Origin: Desulfobacterales bacterium
GTDB lineage: Bacteria > Desulfobacterota > Desulfobacteria > Desulfobacterales > UBA2174
Direction of reading: 5' to 3'
Assembly (NCBI GenBank): GCA_963668645.2
Contig: CAXXWC010000001.1
Coordinates: forward strand, 288,001-352,000
Length of the DNA: 64,000 nucleotides
A program made the translations under genes and the position numbers. The notes under the pieces were generated by a model, which saw only the letters and a list, made by a program, of their open reading frames with translations, had not been told where the DNA came from and ran no database searches. This document shows positions 46,690-56,800 of the stretch, piece by piece (position 1 is the first letter of the stretch; each line of letters starts with the position of its first letter).

Positions 46690-48529
46690 GTCTCCCGCGG
46701 AGTTGACCCGTCTACAGGCCGAACTCAAAGGCCGAATCGACCCCCAGCAGCCGTGCATCGCCATCTGCGCCGGTACGGGCTGCATGGCTTACGGGACCCA
46801 GAAGATTATCGATCGCTTCAGGGAGGAACTCCAAACCCGGGGCCTGGATGGGAAAATCGTCTTTCGCACCACCGGTTGTCACGGCTTTTGCGAAAAAGGC
46901 CCCATGGTGGTGATCCATCCCGATGGCGTCTTTTACCAGCGCATCGGTATCGATGACGTCCCGGACATCATCGAAAAGACCGTTCTGGGCAAAGAAGTCA
47001 TCGAGCGGCTGCTCTACAAGGATCCAGTGACCAAAAAACGCATCGTGCACGAGCACGAGGTGCCTTTTTACAGCCGCCAGATGCGACTGGTTTTCGGCAA
47101 CAACGGGCTGATCGAACCGACAAGCATCGAGGATTACCTGGCCATCGGCGGCTACAGCGCCCTGGCCAAGGCCATCGCCGGCATGACTCCCCAGGCGGTG
47201 ATCGACGAGGTGATCAGTGCCAAGCTGCGCGGCCGTGGCGGCGGCGGGTTTCCCACCGGCTGGAAATGGGATTCGACCCGCAAGGCCGAAGGCGATCCCA
47301 AATATGTGATCTGCAACGCCGACGAAGGCGACCCGGGCGCCTACATGGACCGCAGCCTCTTGGAAGGCAACCCCCATTCTGTCCTGGAGGGGATGATCAT
47401 CGGGGCCTACGCCATCGGCTCGAGCCAGGGCTACATCTACGTTAGAAACGAATATCCCCTGGCGGTGCAGAATATCACCCTGGCCATTGAAAACGCCCGC
47501 AAGCTCGGGCTTCTCGGCCAGAATATCCTCGGCAGCGACTTTTCCTTCGATATCCTGATCAACCGGGGCGGCGGCGCCTTTGTCTGCGGCGAATCGTCCG
47601 CCCTGTTCGCCTCCATCGAAGGGCGCACCGGAGAGCCGCGCGCCAAGTACGTGCATGCCACCGACCGGGGGCTTTACGACAAGCCCACCAGCCTGAACAA
47701 CGTCGAAACCTGGGCCAACGTGCCGCTGATCATCGGCAGGGGGGCGGACTGGTACGCCGGCATCGGCACCGAGAACAGCAAGGGGACCAAGATCTTTTCC
47801 CTGGTGGGCAAGATCAACAACACCGGCTTGGTGGAAGTCCCCATGGGCATCACCCTGCGGGAGATCGTCTTCGATATCGGCGGCGGCATCCCCAAGGGCC
47901 GCAAATTCAAGGCCGTCCAGACCGGCGGCCCCTCGGGCGGGTGCATCCCCGAGGCCCATCTGGACAGTCCGGTGGATTTCGACGAACTGACCAAACTCGG
48001 CTCCATGATGGGCTCGGGTGGAATGATCGTCATGGATGACCGGACCTGCATGGTGGATGTAGCCAAATACTTTCTGGCCTTTCTCGAAGGCGAGTCCTGC
48101 GGCAAGTGCACCCCCTGCCGCGAAGGGATCCTGCAGATGCGCAAGATCCTCGAACGCATCTGCCAGGGCGAGGGCAAAATGGAAGACCTCGACACCCTGG
48201 AGTGGATGGGCCAAGCCATTGCCGACGGCTCTCTGTGCGCCTTGGGCGGTTCGGCCCCCAACCCGGTACTGACCACCATCCGTTACTTTCGCGACGAATA
48301 CGAAGCCCACATCCGGGACAAAAAATGCCCGGCCGGGGTCTGCAAGGCGCTGATCACTTTCTCGGTGGATCCCGAGACCTGCACCGGATGCCACGCCTGC
48401 GCCCGGGTCTGCCCCACCGAGGCGGCCACCGGCAAGAAGAAGGAAGCGCATTCCATCGATAATGGTAAATGCATCAAATGCGGGGCCTGCTTTGAGGCGT
48501 GCAAATTCGACGCCATCAAGATCGCCTGA
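46673..48529 (+). CDS. NuoF/HydB-like FMN/NADH-binding subunit with extra Fe-S domains
   Basis: CAGTGC..GCHGFCEKGP, LRGRGGGGFPTG, NADEGDPGAYMDR, GAFVCGES, GGPSGG, ESCGKCTPCREG, C-terminal 2x[4Fe-4S]. Confidence 0.95.
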   Translation: MKKKIESPAELTRLQAELKGRIDPQQPCIAICAGTGCMAYGTQKIIDRFREELQTRGLDGKIVFRTTGCHGFCEKGPMVVIHPDGVFYQRIGIDDVPDIIEKTVLGKEVIERLLYKDPVTKKRIVHEHEVPFYSRQMRLVFGNNGLIEPTSIEDYLAIGGYSALAKAIAGMTPQAVIDEVISAKLRGRGGGGFPTGWKWDSTRKAEGDPKYVICNADEGDPGAYMDRSLLEGNPHSVLEGMIIGAYAIGSSQGYIYVRNEYPLAVQNITLAIENARKLGLLGQNILGSDFSFDILINRGGGAFVCGESSALFASIEGRTGEPRAKYVHATDRGLYDKPTSLNNVETWANVPLIIGRGADWYAGIGTENSKGTKIFSLVGKINNTGLVEVPMGITLREIVFDIGGGIPKGRKFKAVQTGGPSGGCIPEAHLDSPVDFDELTKLGSMMGSGGMIVMDDRTCMVDVAKYFLAFLEGESCGKCTPCREGILQMRKILERICQGEGKMEDLDTLEWMGQAIADGSLCALGGSAPNPVLTTIRYFRDEYEAHIRDKKCPAGVCKALITFSVDPETCTGCHACARVCPTEAATGKKKEAHSIDNGKCIKCGACFEACKFDAIKIA

Positions 48530-48586
48530 GAAGCAGTCAGCCGAGCCGTCATCCACAGCGAGGCGGTTCTATCAAGGGAGAACACG

Positions 48587-49303
48587 ATGTCGGAAATGGT
48601 TACTCTGACAATAGACGGCCGGTCCGTGCAAGCGCCCGCCGGCACCACCATCCTGGAAGCAGCCCGCAGCATCAACATCGATATTCCCGCTCTGTGCAGC
48701 AACCAGGAGCTGACCCCTTACGGTGCGTGCCGCCTGTGCATGGTGGAGATCACCCACGGCAAGCGTACCCGTCTGGTGGCCTCCTGCATCTACGAGGTTC
48801 AGCAAGACCTGGTGGTGCAGACCGAGACCGAACGGGTCAACAACGTACGCCGGCTGGTGATCGAGCTGCTGTTGAGCCGCAATCCCAAGCACCCCCGCCT
48901 GCTGGCCATCGCCGAACGGCTCGGGGTGGAAAAAAGCCGCTTTGACGTCGAAGTCAAGGGCTGCATCCTCTGCGGCCAATGCGTGCGGACCTGCCGCGAG
49001 GTGGTGGGCGTGGCAGCCATCGGCTTCGAGAGCCGCGGCACCCAGCGGCGCATTTCGACGCCGTTCAACGAAGCCCCGCCCGACTGCATCGCCTGCGGGT
49101 CCTGTGCCCAGGTCTGTCCGGTGGACGTCATCCCCTTCAAGGAAGAAAACGGGGTGCGCACCATCTGGAAGACGGACTTCGCCCTGGCCAAGTGCGAAAA
49201 ATGCGGGCGCGAATTTGCGCCGGTACGCCAGCTCGAACACTTCAGCCAAATTACCGGACTGCCGCTGGACCACTTCACCCGGACCTGCGTCCATTGCCGG
49301 TAA
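48587..49303 (+). CDS. Short NuoG/HydA N-terminal-like Fe-S subunit without a catalytic domain
   Basis: IPALC..GACRLC..ASC [2Fe-2S], CILCGQCVRTC, CIACGSCAQVCP, C-terminal CEKC..CVHC; only 238 aa. Confidence 0.88.
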   Translation: MSEMVTLTIDGRSVQAPAGTTILEAARSINIDIPALCSNQELTPYGACRLCMVEITHGKRTRLVASCIYEVQQDLVVQTETERVNNVRRLVIELLLSRNPKHPRLLAIAERLGVEKSRFDVEVKGCILCGQCVRTCREVVGVAAIGFESRGTQRRISTPFNEAPPDCIACGSCAQVCPVDVIPFKEENGVRTIWKTDFALAKCEKCGREFAPVRQLEHFSQITGLPLDHFTRTCVHCR

Positions 49304-49335
49304 CGGAACGGGGCGATCGGGGAAAGGATAGACAC

Positions 49336-49866
49336 ATGACTGCCACGACCGAAGCGCGCATCGAAGCCCTTGAGGTTGCGCTCAACAACGAAAAGCAGGA
49401 AGCCGCCTTCTACCTCAAGCACGCCGAACGGACCACCGATCCGCTGGGAAAAAAGATGTTCCAGACCCTGGCGGCCGACGAAGAGGAACACTACCAGCGC
49501 ATTCAAGTCCTGCACCAGAAGCTCAAGGAGGGGGGAAAGTGGCCGGAAACCCTTCCCCTGACGGTCAAGGGCACCCGGGTGCGCGATGTGCTCAACGCGG
49601 TGGTCGAGGCCGTGGCCCAGGCTCCGGAAGCGCGCACCAGCGACATGGAAGCCGTCCAGATCGCCATCGAATTTGAGGCCAAGGGCGAGGCCTACTACAA
49701 GAAGCTGCGCCAGGCGGCCGACGACCCGGTGGAAAAGGACTTTTACGGCCTGCTCGAAAGCATCGAAAGAGAACATCGCCTGTCGCTGGAAGACACCTAC
49801 GAGTACTTCAAAGATCCCGAAGGGTGGTTCCAGCGCATGGAAAAGCACGGTCTGGACGGGGCCTGA
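49336..49866 (+). CDS. Rubrerythrin/ferritin-like diiron protein
   Basis: Duplicated E..FY / EEEH and E..YY / EREH four-helix motifs; RBS GGAAAGGA. Confidence 0.88.
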   Translation: MTATTEARIEALEVALNNEKQEAAFYLKHAERTTDPLGKKMFQTLAADEEEHYQRIQVLHQKLKEGGKWPETLPLTVKGTRVRDVLNAVVEAVAQAPEARTSDMEAVQIAIEFEAKGEAYYKKLRQAADDPVEKDFYGLLESIEREHRLSLEDTYEYFKDPEGWFQRMEKHGLDGA

Positions 49867-49910
49867 AGCGGTCCCTGCCCGCACGGCCCGATCCAAGCGC
49901 AAAATGTTCA

Positions 49911-49977
49911 AAACAAGCGGGGGATGACCTAAGAGGCGTGTTACGTACACCCCTGGGGTCATCCCCCGTTTTTTGTT
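49911..49977. terminator. Stem-loop between convergent operons, likely terminator
   Basis: cgggggatgacc (49918-49929) pairs with ggtcatcccccg (49957-49968); T-tract follows on the + strand. Confidence 0.75.
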
Positions 49978-49986
49978 GGAAGCGGG

Positions 49987-50892
49987 CTATTGAATCTCAA
50001 GCACCTTGGCGCCAGGATCGAAGGCGCCGGCCTGGGCGTAAACCGCCTGCGCCTGGTAGGAACTGCGTACGAAGGGGCCGCTGGCCACGGCTGAAAAACC
50101 TACCGAAAGGGCCGTGTCGTGCCAGCCGTCGAAATCTTCGGGCGGCAGATAGCGCACCACGGGAAGATGGGCGCGGCTTGGCTGGAGGTACTGGCCCAGG
50201 GTGAGGATGCGCACCCCGGCGGCAAGCAGATCGTCCATGGCCTTGCGGATCTCGGCGTCGGTTTCCCCCAACCCGAGCATCATCCCCGATTTGGTGGGGA
50301 TTGCCGGATGGGTGGCCTTGCTGCGGGCCAGCAGGCCGAGGGACTGGCGGTAATCGGCTTCGGGCCGCACCGCCGGGTAGAGCCGGGCCACGGTTTCCAG
50401 GTTGTGATTCAATACTTCCGGTCCGGCGTCCAGGACGATTTCCAGTGCCTGCGGATCGCCCTGGAAATCGGGAATCAAAACTTCAATCCCGATACCGGCT
50501 ATCCTCTGTTGCAAGGCCCTGATGGTGGCGGCAAAATGCCCTGCCCCACCGTCGGCCAGATCGTCGCGGGTCACGGATGTGACCACCACGTAGCGCAGCC
50601 CCAGTCGCTCGGCGGCTTCGGCCACGCGCCGGGGCTCGTCCGGATCCGGCGGCCCGGGCTTCCCGTGGGCCACCGCGCAAAAACGGCAGTTGCGCGTACA
50701 GTGTCCGCCGAGAATCAGGAAGGTGGCTGTCTGCCGGGCGAAGCACTCGAAAAGATTGGGGCATTGGGCTTCCTGACAGACGGTGTGCAGCTCTGCCCGG
50801 TGCAGCAGCCCGCGCACCTGCTCGCAGCTCGAACCGCTGGGCAGGCGGCGGCGCAGCCAGGCGGGTTTGGGCAAAAGGGTTTGTGCTCCCAT
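49987..50892 (-). CDS. lipA: Lipoyl synthase
   Basis: CQEAQCPNLFEC, CTRNCRFC, TSVTRDDL, NHNLETV, GQYLQP, VRSSY. Confidence 0.97.
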   Translation of the reverse strand: MGAQTLLPKPAWLRRRLPSGSSCEQVRGLLHRAELHTVCQEAQCPNLFECFARQTATFLILGGHCTRNCRFCAVAHGKPGPPDPDEPRRVAEAAERLGLRYVVVTSVTRDDLADGGAGHFAATIRALQQRIAGIGIEVLIPDFQGDPQALEIVLDAGPEVLNHNLETVARLYPAVRPEADYRQSLGLLARSKATHPAIPTKSGMMLGLGETDAEIRKAMDDLLAAGVRILTLGQYLQPSRAHLPVVRYLPPEDFDGWHDTALSVGFSAVASGPFVRSSYQAQAVYAQAGAFDPGAKVLEIQ

Positions 50893-50899
50893 CGTTTAT

Positions 50900-51601
50900 T
50901 TACTCCAGCCGATCGAGGGGTTCCCAGGTCAGATCCAAAGCCTCGGCCAAATGGGCCGCCAGGGTCTTGCGGGCCGCCTCCATCGTCACCGCCCGGCCCC
51001 CGGAAGCCGCCACCGATGTCATGGCCACCCCGGCCATGCCGCAGGGATTGATCCATTCAAAAGGACCCAGATCCGTGGTCACGTTCAGCGCCAAACCGTG
51101 GAAACTGACCCCGCGGCGCACGGCCAATCCGATGCTTCCCAGCTTGGCGCTACCGACCCAGACCCCGCGATTGCGAGGATCGCGCCCTGCCCGGATGCCG
51201 AACTGCGACGCGGTGCCGATCATGGCGGCCTCCATGGCGGTCACCAGGGCGTCAAGCCCCAGCCGTCTCCGCTGCAAATCGAAAATAAAATAGGCCACTA
51301 GTTGTCCGGGACCGTGATAGGTAACCAGCCCGCCGCGTTCGGCCGCCACCACCTCGATGCCCGCTTGCGCCAATTTTTCGTTCGGCACGCGAATGTCATC
51401 GCGCCCCCCGCGCCGGCCCAGAGTAAAGACGGCAGGGTGTTCGAGAAAAAGCACCAGATCCTGCTCCAGTCGCCCGTCACGGCGCATGGCCACCAGCCGA
51501 TGCTGCAGATCCAGGGCTTCGGCATAAGGTGTCAGAGGCAGATCGAGGCGACAGCAGCGGTTCATGGCGCCGCCTTCAGGTCGTGCGGCGCCATGGTTCA
51601 T
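50900..51601 (-). CDS. lipB: Octanoyltransferase
   Basis: LEHPAVFTLG, RGGLVTYHGPGQ, KLGSIG, HGLALN, INPCG. Start is 51601 (ATGA overlap) or 51565. Confidence 0.95.
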   Translation of the reverse strand: MNHGAARPEGGAMNRCCRLDLPLTPYAEALDLQHRLVAMRRDGRLEQDLVLFLEHPAVFTLGRRGGRDDIRVPNEKLAQAGIEVVAAERGGLVTYHGPGQLVAYFIFDLQRRRLGLDALVTAMEAAMIGTASQFGIRAGRDPRNRGVWVGSAKLGSIGLAVRRGVSFHGLALNVTTDLGPFEWINPCGMAGVAMTSVAASGGRAVTMEAARKTLAAHLAEALDLTWEPLDRLE

Positions 51602-53061
51602 CCGGCCAGGCACGGCTTGCGGGCCGCGCGCACTTCGTCCAGGCGGCGCACCTTGGTCCGGTGGGGAGCGCTGCGCACCGTCTGCGGATCTTCGTGCGCC
51701 TCTGCGGCGATGGCCTGCATGGCGGCCACAAAGCGGTCCAGATCGTCCTTGGATTCGGTTTCGGTGGGTTCGACCATGATCGCGCCGGCCACCACCAGCG
51801 GAAAATAAATCGTGGGCGGATGAAAGCCGTAGTCCATCAGCCGCTTGGCCATATCCAGGGTCGTCACATGTGCGGCGGACTGGAAACGGTCGCTAAAGAC
51901 GCACTCGTGCATGCAGGGCCGGTCAAACGGCAGATGGAACTGATCCTTGAGCCGGCAGCGCAGGTAGTTGGCATTGAGCACCGCCAGGGTGCTGGCCCGG
52001 CGCAGCCCATCGCCGCCCATGGAGCGGATGTAGCAGTAAGCGCGCACCATGACCCCGAAATGGCCGAAAAAGGCCCCCATACGGCCGATGCTCAAGGGCC
52101 GTTCGTCCGCATCGGCCAGGCGGAATTGCTCCCCGTCGCGCACCACCCGCGGCACTGGCAAAAAGGGCGCCAGTTCCTGGGTCACGCAGATCGGCCCGCT
52201 GCCCGGCCCGCCGCCCCCGTGGGGGGTGGCAAAGGTTTTGTGCAGATTGAGATGGATCACGTCGACCCCGATGGCCTTCATGTCCACGATTCCCATCACC
52301 GCGTTCATGTTGGCCCCGTCACAGTAGACCAGCCCCCCCTTGGCATGTACGATGGCGGCGATCTCCCGGATATGGGTTTCGAAAAGCCCGAGGGTGTTCG
52401 GGTTGGTGATCATGATCCCTGCGGTTTTTTCGTCCATGGCGGCGGCCACGGTCTCGGGCAGCAGGATCCCGTCCGGACCGGAGACCAGGGGAACCGGTTC
52501 GTACCCGCAAAGGGCCGCCGAGGCCGGGTTGGTGCCGTGGGCCGTGTCCGGGATCAGGATGCGGCTGCGCGCCGCCTTGCGGTGCGCGTGGCAGGCGTGG
52601 ATTACCAGCATGCCGGTCAGCTCGCCGTGGGCCCCGGCCGCCGGCTGGAGCGAAACCGCCTCCATACCGGTGATTTCGGCCAGGGCTCGCTCCAGCTCCC
52701 AGATCAGGGCCAAGGCCCCCTGACTCAGCGATTCGGGCAGCAGGGGATGAGCTGCGGCAAATCCGCTCAGACCCGCCTGGCGCTCGTAGGTCTTGGGATT
52801 GTACTTCATGGTACACGAACCGAGCGGGTAAAAGCCGGTGTCAACCCCGAAGTTCCAGGTGGAGAGACGGGTGAAATGGCGCACCACGTCCACCTCGCTC
52901 AGATCGGGAAAATCGGGCCCGTCCCCGCACAGGGCCGCATCGAGGGGACTTTCGGGAACGTCGGCCGGCGGCAGGGCGGCGCCGCAGCGCCCCTTGCGCC
53001 CGCGCTCCCAGAGCAACGGTTCATCGAGAATCAGTCCGGTGGTGCCGGGCGTTGAGGTCAT
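51598..53061 (-). CDS. gcvPB: Glycine dehydrogenase (decarboxylating) subunit 2
   Basis: YPLGSCTMKYNP, QPAAGAHGE, AHGTNPASA, DGANMNA, NLHKTFATPHGGGGPG, EPTETE. Confidence 0.97.
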   Translation of the reverse strand: MTSTPGTTGLILDEPLLWERGRKGRCGAALPPADVPESPLDAALCGDGPDFPDLSEVDVVRHFTRLSTWNFGVDTGFYPLGSCTMKYNPKTYERQAGLSGFAAAHPLLPESLSQGALALIWELERALAEITGMEAVSLQPAAGAHGELTGMLVIHACHAHRKAARSRILIPDTAHGTNPASAALCGYEPVPLVSGPDGILLPETVAAAMDEKTAGIMITNPNTLGLFETHIREIAAIVHAKGGLVYCDGANMNAVMGIVDMKAIGVDVIHLNLHKTFATPHGGGGPGSGPICVTQELAPFLPVPRVVRDGEQFRLADADERPLSIGRMGAFFGHFGVMVRAYCYIRSMGGDGLRRASTLAVLNANYLRCRLKDQFHLPFDRPCMHECVFSDRFQSAAHVTTLDMAKRLMDYGFHPPTIYFPLVVAGAIMVEPTETESKDDLDRFVAAMQAIAAEAHEDPQTVRSAPHRTKVRRLDEVRAARKPCLAG

Positions 53062-54389
53062 GACGACACCTCCTTGACCAGTCGGTCCAGATCCTGGCGG
53101 CTGGCGGTTTCGGTGGCGCAAAAAAGATAGCAGCCTTCCAGTTCGGGGTAGAACGGGGCCAGGGGCAGGCCGGCGACGATGTGCTTGTCCTGAAGTTGCC
53201 GGTGGGTGCGGGCGAAACCGGCCGGCATGCGCACCACGAACTCGTTGAAGGTCGGGGCGGCAAAGACGAGCGCGTGGCCGGCGGCCGCCAGTCGGCCCTT
53301 GAGATATTCCGCCTTGTCGTGATTGAGACGGGCCAGGCGGGAGAATCCCTCACCGCCCAGGGCCGCCATGTAGATCACGGCCCTCAGGGCGCAGTGGCCG
53401 TTGTTGGTGCAGATGTTGCTCGTGGCCCGCTCGCGGCGGATATGCTGCTCGCGGGTGGCCAGGGTCAGCACGAAGCCGGGCCGGCCCTCCTGGTCCACGG
53501 TACGCCCAACCAGGCGTCCGGGCAGGCTGCGCACCAGGCTCTGGCGGCTGCCGAGCAGTCCCAGCCCCGGGCCGCCGAAGGATTGGGACAATCCAAGGCT
53601 CTGGCCCTCGCCGCAAACGATGTCGGCCCCCAGCGAACCTGGACTGCGCAGCAAACCGTAGGCCAAGGCCTCGGTAAACCCGGCCACCAGCAGGGCGCCC
53701 TGGGATTGGGCCGCGGAGGCGGCCGCGGCCAGATTTTCGATGCAACCGAAGAAATTGGGCGACTGGAGGGCCACGGCCGCCACCTCCCCGGCTCCGTCCA
53801 GCGCGCTAAGATCCGTGGTGCCGTCCGCACCTGCGGGCAGATCTATGATCTCGTAGCCGGTAGGGTTCAGGTAGGTCGCCGCCACCCGGCGGTAATGGGG
53901 GTGAATCAGGCGTGAAACCGCCACCCGGGGCCGGCCCGTCTTGCGGATGGCCATCAGCAGGGCTTCGGCCAGGGCCGTGGCCCCGTCGTAGTGTGAGGCC
54001 GTGGCCACCTCGGTGCCCATCAGGCGGCAGGCCAGGGTCTGATATTCGTAGATCGCCTGAAGCGTCCCCTGGCTGATTTCGGGTTGATAGGGCGTATACG
54101 CGGTCAAAAACTCGCTACGCCCGGATAGATAGGAAACCACGGCCGGGATGAAATGCGGGTAGCTGCCCGCACCGATATAGACTTGTCCCGCAGGGCCGGC
54201 CGCGTTGCGCGCGGCCAGCCGGTCCATGTGGCCATCGAGTTCCCATTCACTCAACGCGGCCGGCAGATTCATGTCCGCCTGTCGCCGGCAGTCGGCCGGA
54301 ATGCTGGAAAACAGGTCCTCTAGACTGTCTATCCCTGCTGCGGACAGCATCTCCTCGACTTCCTGGGGTGTATGAGGCAGATAATGCAT
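53058..54389 (-). CDS. gcvPA: Glycine dehydrogenase (decarboxylating) subunit 1
   Basis: YTPYQPEISQGTLQ, YDGATA, TREQHIRRERATSNICTN. Confidence 0.97.
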   Translation of the reverse strand: MHYLPHTPQEVEEMLSAAGIDSLEDLFSSIPADCRRQADMNLPAALSEWELDGHMDRLAARNAAGPAGQVYIGAGSYPHFIPAVVSYLSGRSEFLTAYTPYQPEISQGTLQAIYEYQTLACRLMGTEVATASHYDGATALAEALLMAIRKTGRPRVAVSRLIHPHYRRVAATYLNPTGYEIIDLPAGADGTTDLSALDGAGEVAAVALQSPNFFGCIENLAAAASAAQSQGALLVAGFTEALAYGLLRSPGSLGADIVCGEGQSLGLSQSFGGPGLGLLGSRQSLVRSLPGRLVGRTVDQEGRPGFVLTLATREQHIRRERATSNICTNNGHCALRAVIYMAALGGEGFSRLARLNHDKAEYLKGRLAAAGHALVFAAPTFNEFVVRMPAGFARTHRQLQDKHIVAGLPLAPFYPELEGCYLFCATETASRQDLDRLVKEVSS

Positions 54390-54423
54390 GGTATCCCCCG
54401 CTGCTTGGGTTGTTCTTCTCTAT

Positions 54424-54819
54424 CTATCCTGCCAGGGACTTCAGGTAGGTGTCACGATCCATCATGGACTCTGTTTGGGCCGGATCGGCGGCCTTGACCT
54501 CGATCATCCACCCGTCCCCGTAAGGATCCGCGTTGACCTTTTCCGGCGCTTCCTCCAGACCGGCGTTGACCGCCACCACCTCGCCGCCCACCGGCATGTA
54601 AAGCGAGGAGACGGCCTTGACCGATTCGACGGTGCCGAATTCCTCGCCCCGTTCAAAACGGCGGCCCACCTCGGGCAGCTCAACGAAAACGATATCGCCC
54701 AACTGGTCCTGGGCGTAGTCGCTAATACCGATACGGACCGGATCGCCCGGTTTGACCCACTCGTGATCTGCGGCGTAGCGCAGGCCCTCAGGAAAATTCA
54801 ACTCATCGATTGCTTTCAT
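54424..54819 (-). CDS. gcvH: Glycine cleavage system H protein
   Basis: HEW, GISDYAQDQLGDIVFVELP, VESVKA (lipoyl Lys), NADPYGDGW. Confidence 0.97.
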   Translation of the reverse strand: MKAIDELNFPEGLRYAADHEWVKPGDPVRIGISDYAQDQLGDIVFVELPEVGRRFERGEEFGTVESVKAVSSLYMPVGGEVVAVNAGLEEAPEKVNADPYGDGWMIEVKAADPAQTESMMDRDTYLKSLAG

Positions 54820-54921
54820 GGAATTTTCTCCTTTTGCATTTCACGATTTTCAATCCGAGGCCGGGTGTCTGCACCTGCTTGGCAATCCCGGGCCCCATTC
54901 CCATTGTCAGATCGGCAAAAA

Positions 54922-56205
54922 TCAATCCCACATCCGGTCCATCGACCGGCGGGCCGTTCGATCCGGCCGGATCTCATTTACCACGACCACTTCGATGCAT
55001 CTGCGCCCGTCGTCCAGACTGAGCCGCGTGCCGGGAGCCAGGGGGCTGTCCACCCGGATAAAGCCGCAGCTCAACCCTTTGGGATCGAAACCGGCCGGTT
55101 GCTGCGGGCTGGCGATGCTCATCACCGTGTCTTCCAGCCATCCGATGGCCGTGTCCGTGGCGCACGTCAGAACGACACCGATGGGCCGGCCCTGGGGATC
55201 CAAAACCCGGGTTTGGGGACCGGCGCTGACCTTGCGCTGATCGCGTCCGACAAAGGCCAGGGTATGGGCCGCCTTGCCGGCGGCCTGGGTCAGGGCCGCC
55301 GCCCCGACGAAATCCTTGGTAAAGGTTCGTCCATCCGGACCGTAAGGCAGGGCAAAGGACCAGGGATGATGGATAAACGGCCAGTCTCCGATATCCTGAT
55401 GGCTAAGCGGCAAAACCGCCCCGCTGCGCAAAGAGTCGCGGGCGGCCAAGCCGCAGGCCAACAAGCCGTACTCTGCACCGGCATCCAGGATCCGATCCCA
55501 GATCATGACGGCCTTCTCGGGCGCGATGAAGATCTCGAATCCGAATTCACCGGTGTATCCGGTGCGCGAAAGGAGCAGCGGTGTTCCGTCATCCAGGCGC
55601 ACCGCGCCGGCATCCGGATGCTGGGAATCGAAATGTCCCTTGAAGGAAAAATAGGCAAGGCGGTGGAAAACCGTTTGCGGGTCCGCCAGCAGCCTGCCGA
55701 GAATTCGTGCTGCGGCCGGCCCCTGCAAGTCGAGCTTGGCGATCTTTCCGGTCATATCGACCACGGCGGTCTCAGATGAATCGGCATGCCCGAGCAGGTG
55801 GGCCGCCACGATGGGTCCCATCCCGGCATTGACCACCACGAAATAATCCTCGTCGCCCTTCCGATAAACGATGGTATCATCGATCAGATGCCCGTGGGAA
55901 TCGCAAAAAGCGCCGTAGACGCAGCGCCCGGCGGCCAGGGGTCGGTCGGCAGGACCGACGCGATCCAGGTCTTTGGTAAAGGTCCGTTGCAGCATCCCGC
56001 GCGCCCCGGGGCCGGCGACGGTGATCAGCGCCATATGGCTGGTATCGAAAAGTCCGGCCGCGCGAATCACGGCGCGGTGCTCCTGGCGCATACCGGCCGG
56101 ATACCAAAGCGGCATGCGGTAGCCTCCGAAATCGCCCATGTTGGCGCCGGCTGCCTGATGCCGTGCGAACAAGACAGTCGTTAACGGTTCTGGGTTCATC
56201 GCCAC
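54922..56205 (-). CDS. gcvT: Glycine cleavage system aminomethyltransferase T
   Basis: FGGYRMPLWY, GLFDTSHM, LQGP, SRTGYTGEFGFE, GLAARDSLR. Confidence 0.93.
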   Translation of the reverse strand: MAMNPEPLTTVLFARHQAAGANMGDFGGYRMPLWYPAGMRQEHRAVIRAAGLFDTSHMALITVAGPGARGMLQRTFTKDLDRVGPADRPLAAGRCVYGAFCDSHGHLIDDTIVYRKGDEDYFVVVNAGMGPIVAAHLLGHADSSETAVVDMTGKIAKLDLQGPAAARILGRLLADPQTVFHRLAYFSFKGHFDSQHPDAGAVRLDDGTPLLLSRTGYTGEFGFEIFIAPEKAVMIWDRILDAGAEYGLLACGLAARDSLRSGAVLPLSHQDIGDWPFIHHPWSFALPYGPDGRTFTKDFVGAAALTQAAGKAAHTLAFVGRDQRKVSAGPQTRVLDPQGRPIGVVLTCATDTAIGWLEDTVMSIASPQQPAGFDPKGLSCGFIRVDSPLAPGTRLSLDDGRRCIEVVVVNEIRPDRTARRSMDRMWD

Positions 56206-56221
56206 TCCTTGCAGCGCAACG

Positions 56222-56665
56222 TTATAGGATATAGGGCACTTTTAAATTGTACGCCTTGTAAACGACGAAGGTTTCCACACTCTGGACCCCCTCGACCCGG
56301 GCCACCTCTTCCGTGTAAAATTCCAGCAGACTGAATCCCTCTTTAAGGAGGACGACCAGAATCAGATCAAAGCGTCCGGTGACCACGGATACGGACACCA
56401 CTCCACGCAACTGGCTGAAGTCCTGTCCTTTTTTGACCAAATCCATGGTTGCCAACTTCACCCCCACGATGACGGTGCAATGGCCTGGAAGGGCTTCCGG
56501 ATCTACAAGGCCGCAGATATCCAGTACCCCTTCCTCACGCAAGCGGTTGACCCGCGCCCGAACGGTGTTTTCGGACAGGTCGAGAGCAGTGGCAATGCTT
56601 TTCAGGGAAGTGCGGCCATCTCGCAGATGCTGGGCGATGGCGATGGTCTGGTCGTCGATTTTCAT
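56222..56665 (-). CDS. Lrp/AsnC family transcriptional regulator
   Basis: LRDGR..SENTVRARV HTH, VTGRFDL. Confidence 0.92.
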   Translation of the reverse strand: MKIDDQTIAIAQHLRDGRTSLKSIATALDLSENTVRARVNRLREEGVLDICGLVDPEALPGHCTVIVGVKLATMDLVKKGQDFSQLRGVVSVSVVTGRFDLILVVLLKEGFSLLEFYTEEVARVEGVQSVETFVVYKAYNLKVPYIL

Positions 56666-56800
56666 GGCAAAATCCGATCTGCAATCTATACCGATGGAAA
56701 ACTGAGTTGACAAAAGCCATAAAATTGTGGAGATGTCAAGAACAACCCTGATTATTTGCGTTTTTAATAAAAAGAACTAAAATATTTGAGGTAAAACGAA

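Noticed and set aside
56707..56739. Divergent sigma70 promoters from the TTGACA...TGTCAA pair
   Set aside because: Neither -35 box has a convincing -10 at 16-18 nt spacing.
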